Sequence record: NC_041869.1
Direction: 5' to 3' (one strand)
DNA length: 64,000 nt
From: Escherichia phage APECc02
Numbering within the stretch: the first letter of the stretch is position 1; each line of letters opens with the position of its first letter. This document shows positions 26,781 through 35,013 of this stretch, in pieces. Below the pieces are notes generated by a model. That model made no database searches. It saw only the letters and a program-made list of their open reading frames with translations, and was not told where the DNA came from. The position numbers and the translations under genes are program-made.

Positions 26781-27254
26781 ATGGAAACTCAAATTTTAAC
26801 TCCTTATGCGTATGACCCTAAAAAGGTCAAACTGTATCTGATGCAGCAGCGTGTCACTGGCTTCGCTGCTGACACCAAGATTGTTGTTTCAAGAAACGAA
26901 GACAACATTTACCCTCACGTCGGTGTGGATGGTGAAATGTCTGCGGCTCTGTCTCGTAACCAATCTGGTGTTATGACCGTGTCTTTGCAGAACACTTCTG
27001 TATGGAACGCTTACCTTTCTGACTGGCAGAAACAGGCATCGATTACTGGTCTGGTATTCTTCCCAGTTCTGCTGGAAGGTAGCCAGGGTCCTGGTATTTC
27101 CACAATTGGTTGGATCCAGAAACAGCCTGACCTGACTTACGGAACCGAAGTAGGTCAACTGGACTGGGATATCGGTATTCTGGATGCATGGCTCAACCGT
27201 GATAACATCACTGGTGCTCTTACTGGCCTCGCAGGTCTTGCAGGTATTATCTAA
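26781..27254 (+). CDS. putative tail tube protein
   Basis: 157 aa immediately after the sheath-like gene, terminator downstream. Confidence 0.45.
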   Translation: METQILTPYAYDPKKVKLYLMQQRVTGFAADTKIVVSRNEDNIYPHVGVDGEMSAALSRNQSGVMTVSLQNTSVWNAYLSDWQKQASITGLVFFPVLLEGSQGPGISTIGWIQKQPDLTYGTEVGQLDWDIGILDAWLNRDNITGALTGLAGLAGII

Positions 27255-27272
27255 GGGCACACTTTAGCATAA

Positions 27273-27300
27273 GCCTCACCTTCGGGTGGGGCTTTTTGCT
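27273..27300 (+). terminator. rho-independent terminator
   Basis: gcctcacc-ttcg-ggtggggc hairpin plus TTTTT. Confidence 0.8.
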
Positions 27301-27344
27301 TTTATGGTTTTGACACACGTTCTTGAATTGCTTGGAAGGTTAAA

Positions 27345-27373
27345 TTGACAATGCACCATAATCATGGTAAAAT
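27345..27373 (+). promoter_or_regulatory. sigma70-like promoter (TTGACA-N17-TAAAAT)
   Basis: Perfect -35, 17-nt spacer, TGG immediately upstream of the -10. Confidence 0.6.
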
Positions 27374-27416
27374 ACACAAATATGGTGCACAACATGACTA
27401 ATAAGGATGCTATAAA

Positions 27417-27890
27417 ATGGCTATAAACTTTAGACCTACAACAGAGATTGATTTAGCAGGGCACAACTTTGTGATCACCCACTGGGGACCGATGAAAGCA
27501 ATGAAAAACATGCCTAAAATCGGTAAGATTGTGGCTGTCCCGCTAGGTGCTATCGGTGGATCTATTATCTCAGGCGGTCAGAACATGGCAGAGGTCCTTC
27601 CTACAGCTCTGGCTTACCTGTTCCAAGAACTTGATGATAACTCTATCGAAGAGTTATTTAAAATTTTGTTCGAAGATATTACCGTAGATGGTGTGGATAA
27701 GCTTAACCCGGATGTTGTGTTTGCAGGGCATCTGCTGGAGATGATTAAGCTGGCAGGTAAGGTTCTGGAGGTTAACTACGGCTGTTTTTTCACACAAGAC
27801 GGTTTAGGAAGCCTTCTGGAGATGTTACAGCAGATGGGTATGATTCAGCAGGTGAACAACCTGGATCAGACTCCGGAAGAGCAGGAATAA
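27417..27890 (+). CDS. tail assembly chaperone (G-like)
   Basis: 157 aa, acidic C-terminus, immediately upstream of the tape measure gene, with a slippery heptamer near its 3' end. Confidence 0.6.
   Translation: MAINFRPTTEIDLAGHNFVITHWGPMKAMKNMPKIGKIVAVPLGAIGGSIISGGQNMAEVLPTALAYLFQELDDNSIEELFKILFEDITVDGVDKLNPDVVFAGHLLEMIKLAGKVLEVNYGCFFTQDGLGSLLEMLQQMGMIQQVNNLDQTPEEQE
27785..27791 (+). promoter_or_regulatory. -1 programmed frameshift slippery heptamer T TTT TTC
   Basis: Canonical X XXY YYZ heptamer in the zero frame of the chaperone ORF; the -1 frame is open from 27776 to 28150. Confidence 0.6.
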
Positions 27891-28150
27891 GCAAGGTTGT
27901 TGTGAGGGCCAGTGAGTGGGCAGCCAAGAACAGTTCACTCAACTGGTTCGACTTTCTTTGGTGTAGGGTGCTCAAGAATTTCAAAGGGGAAAATTTTGAA
28001 TCGCTAAATCTTGCAGATATGGCGTATTTCCTGAAGCTCTGTGAGTATCTTGATATCGAAGAATTCCTAGATACCGTCCAAAACAGGGAAATGGAGCGGG
28101 AGCAGAAGGCTGCCGCAGCTGCTGCGAAAGCTAAGCGCAGGAGAGGATAA
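27788..28150 (+). CDS. frameshift extension of the tail assembly chaperone (GT-like fusion C-terminal part)
   Basis: -1 frame ORF overlapping the chaperone 3' end; Ala/Lys/Arg-rich basic C-terminus (AAAAAAKAKRRRG); the track lists only the 27902-28150 part. Confidence 0.5.
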   Translation, partial: FHTRRFRKPSGDVTADGYDSAGEQPGSDSGRAGISKVVVRASEWAAKNSSLNWFDFLWCRVLKNFKGENFESLNLADMAYFLKLCEYLDIEEFLDTVQNREMEREQKAAAAAAKAKRRRG

Positions 28151-28155
28151 TCTAA

Positions 28156-28190
28156 GGGCCGGATTCCTTTTCTGGGATCTGGCCCTTTTT
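28156..28190 (+). terminator. putative terminator
   Basis: gggcc...ggccc hairpin followed by TTTTT. Confidence 0.6.
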
Positions 28191-28204
28191 ATTATGAGGA
28201 AACC

Positions 28205-30541
28205 ATGGCTACAAACAAAATAGTTGCCACAACAGTCAACAAGATTGGCTTTGAGATAGAGAACTCCTCCTACAAAAAAGCTGTAGAGAAAATTCGCAGT
28301 ATTGGGAGGGAGTTCAGGAAACTGGGCGAGGATTTTAACTCAGCCAACCCCATGAGTAGATGGCAGGCGGTAGCTGTTAAAACCCAGCAGACAATGCAGC
28401 GGGTTGCCAGACAGCAATCTCAGGCAAATGCTAAACTGCACAGAGAGAGCGTAGCACAGGCCAAGAAAGAGGCTGCAGTAAGGGCTGCAATAGAACGTAG
28501 GGAGAATGCGAGACGTAAACAAGCTGTAGGTAATCTTACCGCTAAAAATCCAGAAATGGCTAGGATGCGTAAGTTCTACCAGCAGCAAGCTAAAGAGGCC
28601 AAAAAGGCTGCCAAATCTGCACCAGTGTCTTACGGTGGTTATAAGGCACCTAAGGCAAGAGTTTTGGCTAATGCCAAATCTTTCAAATATATCCCAGGTA
28701 ACCCTAATATGGGTGGTGTGGCTTCCGACCCTAACCTTGTGAAAGCTCAGACAGCCGCTATGAATCGTTATCATAGACAGCTAAGAAGAGACAGTAAAGC
28801 TGGTATGGATAATAGGCTTATGTCGGATCGTGAGGCAAGGAGAACCCACCTCTACAACTCCGCGATAAGACTTTCTGCCAAGTATGGGGCCGGATTCCGT
28901 GGAAGCTTGCCAGGATACTCAGAGTTAGAGTCCAGGTTTGCTCGCGGGGAGATGAAGAAGTCAACCTTTAACGCCCACCTGTCAGCGCTGCAGTCTGGGT
29001 TTAAAAGCGCCACCAGCCAAACGCTTACACTAGGCGATGCCATGAGAGACTTACGTAGATCTGTTATTAATGCAACAGCTGCGTATACAGCTTTTTCTGG
29101 ATTTGCTGCGGTTAACAGATCCGGTCACATGATGGAGGGGGCAAGTGCTGCTCTTACTGCTGTCACTGGAGATCCAAACAAAGCCAACAGTGAGGTTGCG
29201 TTTGTCCAGCAAGAGGCTATGCGTCTTGGTTTTGATCTCAAATCTGGTCTTCAAGGTTACGCCCAGATGTCGGTAAACGCCAAAAACCAGATGACAAATC
29301 AGGAAGTGCATGAGCTGTTTTCTGCATACTCCCAGTATGCTGCTGCTTATGGTGCCGATGAGGTAAAATACCAGCGCGGTATTATGGCTATCCAACAGAT
29401 GCTTGGCAAGGGACAAGTAATGTCCGAAGAACTGAAGCAACAACTTGCTGAAGCATTGCCTGGTGCATACGAACCTTTTATCAAGGCCACCAAAGAGGCT
29501 TTTGGTCTTTCTGAACTCTCCATGGATCAGTTCATGGACATGATGAAGAAAGGTGAGGTTAAAACAGCCAAGATCATGAAGTATGTGGCTAAGTACATGA
29601 ACGAGGCATCTGCAGCTGGTTATGAAAGAATGCAGAAGTCTAACGTGCTGGCAGAAAACAGACTGAAAACCTTCATCGAACTGACTCGTCAGAAACTGTT
29701 CACCCGTTGGTCTGACGAACTAACAGAGTTCTATTATACACTAATCCGCACTGGTGAGACTCTGCAATTTGTGTGGGATGCCTCTGGTGATTTTGTTAGC
29801 GGGTTTGTGAGAGGCCTTAACTGGGTAGTTGGTGAACTAAACAACACTATAGTCAAGATCCGCATGTTTTTCCTTGAATGGGGGATTAAATGGGGATTCA
29901 TAACAGCTAAGACGAAGGAATATTCTGAAGAGCTTCATGACACCTTTAGCTATGCTAAATGGGCAGGGTTTGCTGCTGCCATCATGCTGGTAGTCAACGC
30001 CCTAACAAAAGGTTTTGTCATGGCATCCATGCTTGTAAAAACCTTTAAATTCCTTAACTCTCTAAGGGGTGCAGCTGGAGCAGCGGGTGCCGCTACTACA
30101 GAAGGATCTGGTGGTGGAGCTCCGGCAGGAAAAGGTGGGGGTGGCCTCAAGACACCTGGTGGCAAAGTTGGTCTGCTCGGTAAGCTGGGCATTATCGGTA
30201 CAATACTAAGCGCCGGGGAATTATTTAATGACCGTTACAACCCACTAAGTGAAAGAAATCAGCAGCTAGATACTATCAGCGATATGATTCGCAAAGATAT
30301 CATATCGGGAGGTAACGGGTTTGTTAATCCTTTGGACACCTTACCTGGCGGGACTCTTCCGTTGCCGGGTGGCCCTGGTTTTGCTTCTCAATTAAGAACT
30401 ATGGAAATGCTACCTTTAGAGATCAGTGATGGGAAAATCACGATTTCAATAGATGAGGGTGAGTTTAACAAAATATTTGATGCAAAACTTGAGTGGGAGA
30501 ACAATAAAGATATCAACTTCATGTCTACCGACCTTTGGTAA
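28205..30541 (+). CDS. tape measure protein
   Basis: 778 aa, long Ala/Gln/Lys-rich helical regions, Gly-rich segment near the C-terminus, follows the chaperone pair. Confidence 0.7.
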   Translation: MATNKIVATTVNKIGFEIENSSYKKAVEKIRSIGREFRKLGEDFNSANPMSRWQAVAVKTQQTMQRVARQQSQANAKLHRESVAQAKKEAAVRAAIERRENARRKQAVGNLTAKNPEMARMRKFYQQQAKEAKKAAKSAPVSYGGYKAPKARVLANAKSFKYIPGNPNMGGVASDPNLVKAQTAAMNRYHRQLRRDSKAGMDNRLMSDREARRTHLYNSAIRLSAKYGAGFRGSLPGYSELESRFARGEMKKSTFNAHLSALQSGFKSATSQTLTLGDAMRDLRRSVINATAAYTAFSGFAAVNRSGHMMEGASAALTAVTGDPNKANSEVAFVQQEAMRLGFDLKSGLQGYAQMSVNAKNQMTNQEVHELFSAYSQYAAAYGADEVKYQRGIMAIQQMLGKGQVMSEELKQQLAEALPGAYEPFIKATKEAFGLSELSMDQFMDMMKKGEVKTAKIMKYVAKYMNEASAAGYERMQKSNVLAENRLKTFIELTRQKLFTRWSDELTEFYYTLIRTGETLQFVWDASGDFVSGFVRGLNWVVGELNNTIVKIRMFFLEWGIKWGFITAKTKEYSEELHDTFSYAKWAGFAAAIMLVVNALTKGFVMASMLVKTFKFLNSLRGAAGAAGAATTEGSGGGAPAGKGGGGLKTPGGKVGLLGKLGIIGTILSAGELFNDRYNPLSERNQQLDTISDMIRKDIISGGNGFVNPLDTLPGGTLPLPGGPGFASQLRTMEMLPLEISDGKITISIDEGEFNKIFDAKLEWENNKDINFMSTDLW

Positions 30542-30553
30542 TAAACTGTGCAA

Positions 30554-30578
30554 GGGGGCTCCGGCCCCCTTTATTTTA
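30554..30578 (+). terminator. rho-independent terminator
   Basis: gggggc-tccg-gccccc hairpin plus T run. Confidence 0.8.
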
Positions 30579-30584
30579 TCGGTG

Positions 30585-30613
30585 TTGTAAAAACGGCTAT
30601 TTTATGATACAAT
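30585..30613 (+). promoter_or_regulatory. putative promoter (TTGTAA-N17-TACAAT)
   Basis: Hexamers with 17-nt spacing right after the terminator. Confidence 0.45.
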
Positions 30614-30646
30614 ATCTAGATGGTATCGGAGTGTCCTGGAGAGGTT

Positions 30647-31531
30647 ATGCCAAGCAATATAGTTGATGAAAAAGACCTGTACAAGCCTCAAGAGGTTAAA
30701 TCTCCAAAGGCTGAAAAGGCAGAGCAGCAAACTGAAAGCGATGTAAAGTACACTATGTTTGTCAGCGGTCTTAACTATGGCGGTCGCAATACGGGGATGA
30801 AGGGTAAAAACTTTACTAACGATCTTGCCATTATCTTCGATCAGGTTGAGAATTACTCTTTCAAACATTCTGTTGATAAGACTGGGTTTGCGGTGGAAGA
30901 TAAATCTACCCTGTCAGACCACGCCGTAATTAAAGATGGTGTATTTTCTTTTACTGGTAGGGTAAATACATCCCCACACATAATCTATGAGCAAAACTAC
31001 ATTGATAGGAATACTGACTCTAAAAACCCTGCAGCATCTATGCGACCAGGCGCTGCATTGGAGGCTTTGACTGAGATTATCAATAAGCGACAGTTGGTTT
31101 CTTTGGTTACCGAGGAGAGACTTCTTGAGAACTACATCATAACCAGTCTTTCTGCCAACAAGTCTGTTGGTGAAGGCGCTGCAATGGTGTTTGATGTAGA
31201 ACTTACAGAGTTCCGCACATTCTACTTGAATAAGGTTGTTAATGCAACTGTATACAGCAATCCTAAGAAAGTAGGCAAGACCCAACAAAAAGGCGCTGTC
31301 AACGACTGTAAGAATGGTAGTAACGTAGGTAACAAGAGGGACACAGGAGCATTCGCAGACACTGCATCCACAAACGCTGCAGAGGAGTGGCAGCCATACA
31401 AATCTATGATGTGGACAGATGAAAACGGTGTTACCCAATCGGCTGCGGATTGGTATTATCAGGAATATGGAAGACCTTCTACCATAGTCCCATCTGAGCA
31501 GGGAAACTACAACAAAGTTAACGGGAAATAA
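30647..31531 (+). CDS. hypothetical baseplate or distal tail protein
   Basis: ATG at 30647 with GGAGAGG RBS; first gene after the tape measure. Confidence 0.45.
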   Translation: MPSNIVDEKDLYKPQEVKSPKAEKAEQQTESDVKYTMFVSGLNYGGRNTGMKGKNFTNDLAIIFDQVENYSFKHSVDKTGFAVEDKSTLSDHAVIKDGVFSFTGRVNTSPHIIYEQNYIDRNTDSKNPAASMRPGAALEALTEIINKRQLVSLVTEERLLENYIITSLSANKSVGEGAAMVFDVELTEFRTFYLNKVVNATVYSNPKKVGKTQQKGAVNDCKNGSNVGNKRDTGAFADTASTNAAEEWQPYKSMMWTDENGVTQSAADWYYQEYGRPSTIVPSEQGNYNKVNGK

Positions 31532-31543
31532 GGGGAGCGTATA

Positions 31544-31924
31544 ATGGAGCTTAAAGATTGGTGCATAATCACCTTTGTGTGGGACATTGACGGCTTTCCT
31601 GACCAAACCATGCGTGTTGTTTTAGACAATGAAACGTATGAAATGCGTATGCAATGGAATGAGAGGGATGAGTCCTGGTGGTTATCTCTTGGTCCAGTAG
31701 GTGATAGCCCTTTAGTAACCAGAAAAGTAACAGCTTGTCAAGATATTTTAGACGGGCTGCATTACAGAGATGATTTACCGAAAGGAAGACTGATGGTGCT
31801 GTCGTTTAAAGACGATCAATATTGGGGTAGAGTTGGAAGATATAACCTTGGGGCGAGATCTGAGCTACAACTTGTATACGGCACCCCGGTTGATCTTTAC
31901 AAGGAACAGCAAGGGTTAGAATAA
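31544..31924 (+). CDS. hypothetical tail protein
   Basis: 126-aa ORF; stop overlaps the next start. Confidence 0.45.
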   Translation: MELKDWCIITFVWDIDGFPDQTMRVVLDNETYEMRMQWNERDESWWLSLGPVGDSPLVTRKVTACQDILDGLHYRDDLPKGRLMVLSFKDDQYWGRVGRYNLGARSELQLVYGTPVDLYKEQQGLE

Positions 31925-32928
31925 TGGCAGAGTACAGACGTAGAACATGGCGATTATTGTTTGGTCGTCCTGTAGAACATGGCGGCAAATCAAAAACCAA
32001 TATCCCAAAATCTGTTGAAAAGAAAGGGGAGAGTGATTCCGGAGTTTATGAAGTTAGCTCGGACACTGGTGCTGCCAATATAGAGTTTGACATACAAAAG
32101 GACAATACCAAAGAGCCAAACAAAGGTTATGTGACAGTTTACAACCTGTCTGACGATACAGTTAACTATCTGGACATGCATCAGGCTGATGCCCTTGCAG
32201 TTATGTTTGAAGCTGGCTATGATGATGAGAACCAGTTAATATTCTCCGGAACTGTGGAGTTTGTTGAAGACAGATGGGAAGGTCCGACCAGAAAAACTAA
32301 GTTCATCTTCGGGGATGGCACTGAGAACATCATTAAGTGCCAAAGCACAAGATCTTATCAGAAAGGCACACCTCTGAACTCTGTGCTTAATGACCTGCTG
32401 AAGGATATGAACTTGCCAAAAGGTAGGGTTGTTGGTTTTGGAAACCAGACTTTGCAATACTCTATGGCTTTCTCTGGAAACACTGCAGAGAACCTCCGCA
32501 GGTTTGCAAGGCTGACCAACTCCACATTTAGCGTTCAGGATGGGGCTTTGTATTGGACCAAGGTTGGAAAAAGGTTCAAAGACTCTGTGTTTGAAATAAG
32601 TGCAGAGTCTGGGATGCACGGATCTCCTACCCCTAAAAACCCAGAACCTGCTAAAAAACGAAAAGCTAAAGCTGCTGCCAAAGGTGGTTCGACATCTAAA
32701 AAGAAAAAGAAAAACCCGAGAGAGGATGTTGGCCTTACTGTAACCACATGCCTTAACGGAGCTATCCTCCCAGAGTCCACTATTTATCTTAAAAGCAAGC
32801 AATATACAGGCTTCTATAAGGTGATCACGGTGCATCATAAGGGCACCATAGAAGGTGGTGATTACACTACAGAGCTTGGCCTTGGGGAAACAGTGGGTGG
32901 AGTTGTTGACAAAACTGAGGAGGTATAA
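31924..32928 (+). CDS. hypothetical baseplate protein
   Basis: 334 aa with an internal Lys-rich low-complexity stretch (KKRKAKAAAKGGSTSKKKKKNPRE). Confidence 0.45.
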   Translation: MAEYRRRTWRLLFGRPVEHGGKSKTNIPKSVEKKGESDSGVYEVSSDTGAANIEFDIQKDNTKEPNKGYVTVYNLSDDTVNYLDMHQADALAVMFEAGYDDENQLIFSGTVEFVEDRWEGPTRKTKFIFGDGTENIIKCQSTRSYQKGTPLNSVLNDLLKDMNLPKGRVVGFGNQTLQYSMAFSGNTAENLRRFARLTNSTFSVQDGALYWTKVGKRFKDSVFEISAESGMHGSPTPKNPEPAKKRKAKAAAKGGSTSKKKKKNPREDVGLTVTTCLNGAILPESTIYLKSKQYTGFYKVITVHHKGTIEGGDYTTELGLGETVGGVVDKTEEV

Positions 32929-33605
32929 TGGCAATAAATAGGAAAGATGCTGCTGTAAGATCCTTTATAGAAAAAATAATGAGGGACTACCACACCAGTA
33001 TCAGGGCCAGAGTTGTCAGTGTAGACTACAGTATCCCTTCTGCAGCCGTGCAGCCAATTGCTGAAACCACGTTTGATGACGGGGATGTAGAGAGATACCC
33101 TCTTATCTATGACGTTCCAATTCAGGTGATGTCTGCAAACAGCGGAAAGGCAAGGTTAACACTCCCTATTAAGGCTGGAGATGTTGTAGGATTGCAGTTT
33201 TCAGAGAGAAATGAAAACAATAACGACGATCAACAAACTCACGGTCTGTTTCCGGGGTGGGCAATAACCTCTGTTCATTCAGACTCAAACGCTTTACAGA
33301 TCGATCCTGATAACGTAGAGTTATGGAATGATAGGGTTTATTTTAAACTGACACCTTCTGGAGATTTTGAGCTTCAAACACCCGGTGGGACATTACGGTG
33401 CGACAGCAGCGGGGAGTTTTCTTTCACTAACGGGGCTGCCAATTTGCGAGCTGCTGTGGATGGGAATATCAGAATGAATGGTGCTACAATAGACCCATCT
33501 GGTAGAATTATAACTGCTGCTGGCGTGGATTTGGATTCATTCTATGCAGAATATAAAGGTCATACCCACTCTTGCCCTGATGGCGAGACAAGTGGACCAC
33601 ACTAA
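32928..33605 (+). CDS. hypothetical baseplate protein
   Basis: 225-aa ORF, start overlaps the previous stop. Confidence 0.45.
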   Translation: MAINRKDAAVRSFIEKIMRDYHTSIRARVVSVDYSIPSAAVQPIAETTFDDGDVERYPLIYDVPIQVMSANSGKARLTLPIKAGDVVGLQFSERNENNNDDQQTHGLFPGWAITSVHSDSNALQIDPDNVELWNDRVYFKLTPSGDFELQTPGGTLRCDSSGEFSFTNGAANLRAAVDGNIRMNGATIDPSGRIITAAGVDLDSFYAEYKGHTHSCPDGETSGPH

Positions 33606-33617
33606 TAGAGGGCTTTA

Positions 33618-34334
33618 ATGGCTACGCTTTATAGTGATATATTGATGGACCCACAGACAGGCGATTTGGCGATAGACAAAGGTCTTGAGTTGATAGATTC
33701 AAACCAGGTAAGTCTGCGCCAGCGCTTGTGGATGAGGTTTAATACGTGGAAGGGGAGCTGGTACTTTGACGAACTGTTTGGCTTCCCTTATATGGACTTT
33801 CTCAGTAAGAAGGTCATGAAGACTGTTCTTGATAACAAGATCATGGAAGTGGCAAGACAAGAGCCGGATGTGCTAAACATCATAAACTTCCAGTCTACCA
33901 TGGACCGAAGATCGAGAACATACCAAGCGTTCTTTGAGGTTGTTACCAAAGAGAACGAGATTGTAAGGCTGGCTTTCGTAGGTCTTGATCAGTTCACCTA
34001 CCCACAACCTGATTCTGGGACAACCTCTCTCTGTGATGATGAGGGTTGGATTAAGTGGGCTAATAAACTGTACTACCTGATCAACTTCAGATTACCTAGA
34101 ACCGGAGATGCCACATGGTGGAACCAGTATGCTGGTCCTGAGATGGAAAACCCGATCCCTGTAGGCTCTCTGTTGACTCAGGATAAAGATCTGCTGATGA
34201 CTGAGGCAGAACAAACCATTAACCGCAATACCTGGACGCTTGCTCCAGATGAGCGCGAATACTCTGGTGTTATTGCTACCTCCAATGATGAGGCTATTGC
34301 CAACCAGTCTGGTCGTGCTATTGATGTTAACTAA
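33618..34334 (+). CDS. hypothetical baseplate protein
   Basis: 238-aa ORF in the co-directional tail block. Confidence 0.45.
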   Translation: MATLYSDILMDPQTGDLAIDKGLELIDSNQVSLRQRLWMRFNTWKGSWYFDELFGFPYMDFLSKKVMKTVLDNKIMEVARQEPDVLNIINFQSTMDRRSRTYQAFFEVVTKENEIVRLAFVGLDQFTYPQPDSGTTSLCDDEGWIKWANKLYYLINFRLPRTGDATWWNQYAGPEMENPIPVGSLLTQDKDLLMTEAEQTINRNTWTLAPDEREYSGVIATSNDEAIANQSGRAIDVN

Positions 34335-34343
34335 GGAGAAATC

Positions 34344-35012
34344 ATGGCTGTAGCTTATCCTACAATACCAATTCCAGATCTTGAAGATGCAGAAACAGTC
34401 CTGAGTGATGACTTCTTGGTTGTCAACCAGACTGATGGGACAAGAAAGGCTAAGATTGACGATGTTGTCAACGATCTTAGCATTACTAAGATAGTCTATT
34501 TCACAGAAGGTGGTTATCTTAAGAGCAAGAAGGACTTTGCTTATGACCCAGAGACTAAGCGCTACTACACGTGGAACGGGGATTATCCTAAAATAATCCT
34601 ACCAGACTCCACTGTAGAGGGTGCTGGGGGCGTGTCTGCAAATGCCTGGTCTGTTTTTGGTGAGCTTGCTGCAACTTCTTCTGGCAGAATAGTTGATTAC
34701 GGATCTATCGGTGGTCAGCTTGATATGGATCTTGAAGTTGCGGATACCTTTAAGGTTCGACTAACTTCAAATACTACAATCTCTTTTGAAAATCAAACAG
34801 AAGGTCTTGAAGGGGTGGCGAGAACTATAACCGTATGCATTACTCAGACCTCTGGCGGCAACAAAGTCTATTGGCCTGGTAATGTTAAATGGTCCTACGG
34901 AAGAGATCCTATCCTAACATTTACAGCTGGTGCAACAGATATTTTCAAGTTGGAAACCTACGACAACGGGTTAACTTGGTACGGGGCACTGATTATCGCA
35001 GGAGCTATCTAA
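34344..35012 (+). CDS. short fibre or anchor-domain protein
   Basis: 222 aa; first ~110 aa parallel the N-terminus of the 1479-aa fibre (shared DDFLVV.Q.DGTR.AKI.DVV ... EGG ... AY ... W.G..P ... GG ... AW pattern). Confidence 0.5.
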   Translation: MAVAYPTIPIPDLEDAETVLSDDFLVVNQTDGTRKAKIDDVVNDLSITKIVYFTEGGYLKSKKDFAYDPETKRYYTWNGDYPKIILPDSTVEGAGGVSANAWSVFGELAATSSGRIVDYGSIGGQLDMDLEVADTFKVRLTSNTTISFENQTEGLEGVARTITVCITQTSGGNKVYWPGNVKWSYGRDPILTFTAGATDIFKLETYDNGLTWYGALIIAGAI

Positions 35013-35013
35013 G

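Noticed and set aside
30914-31606. 230-aa antisense ORF (similar cases at 32236-32934, 42685-43413, 46479-47009, 35725-36177)
   Set aside because: These lie wholly inside long plus-strand structural genes with strong coding signal, have Cys/Leu/Ser-rich low-complexity translations and no RBS; treated as shadow ORFs.
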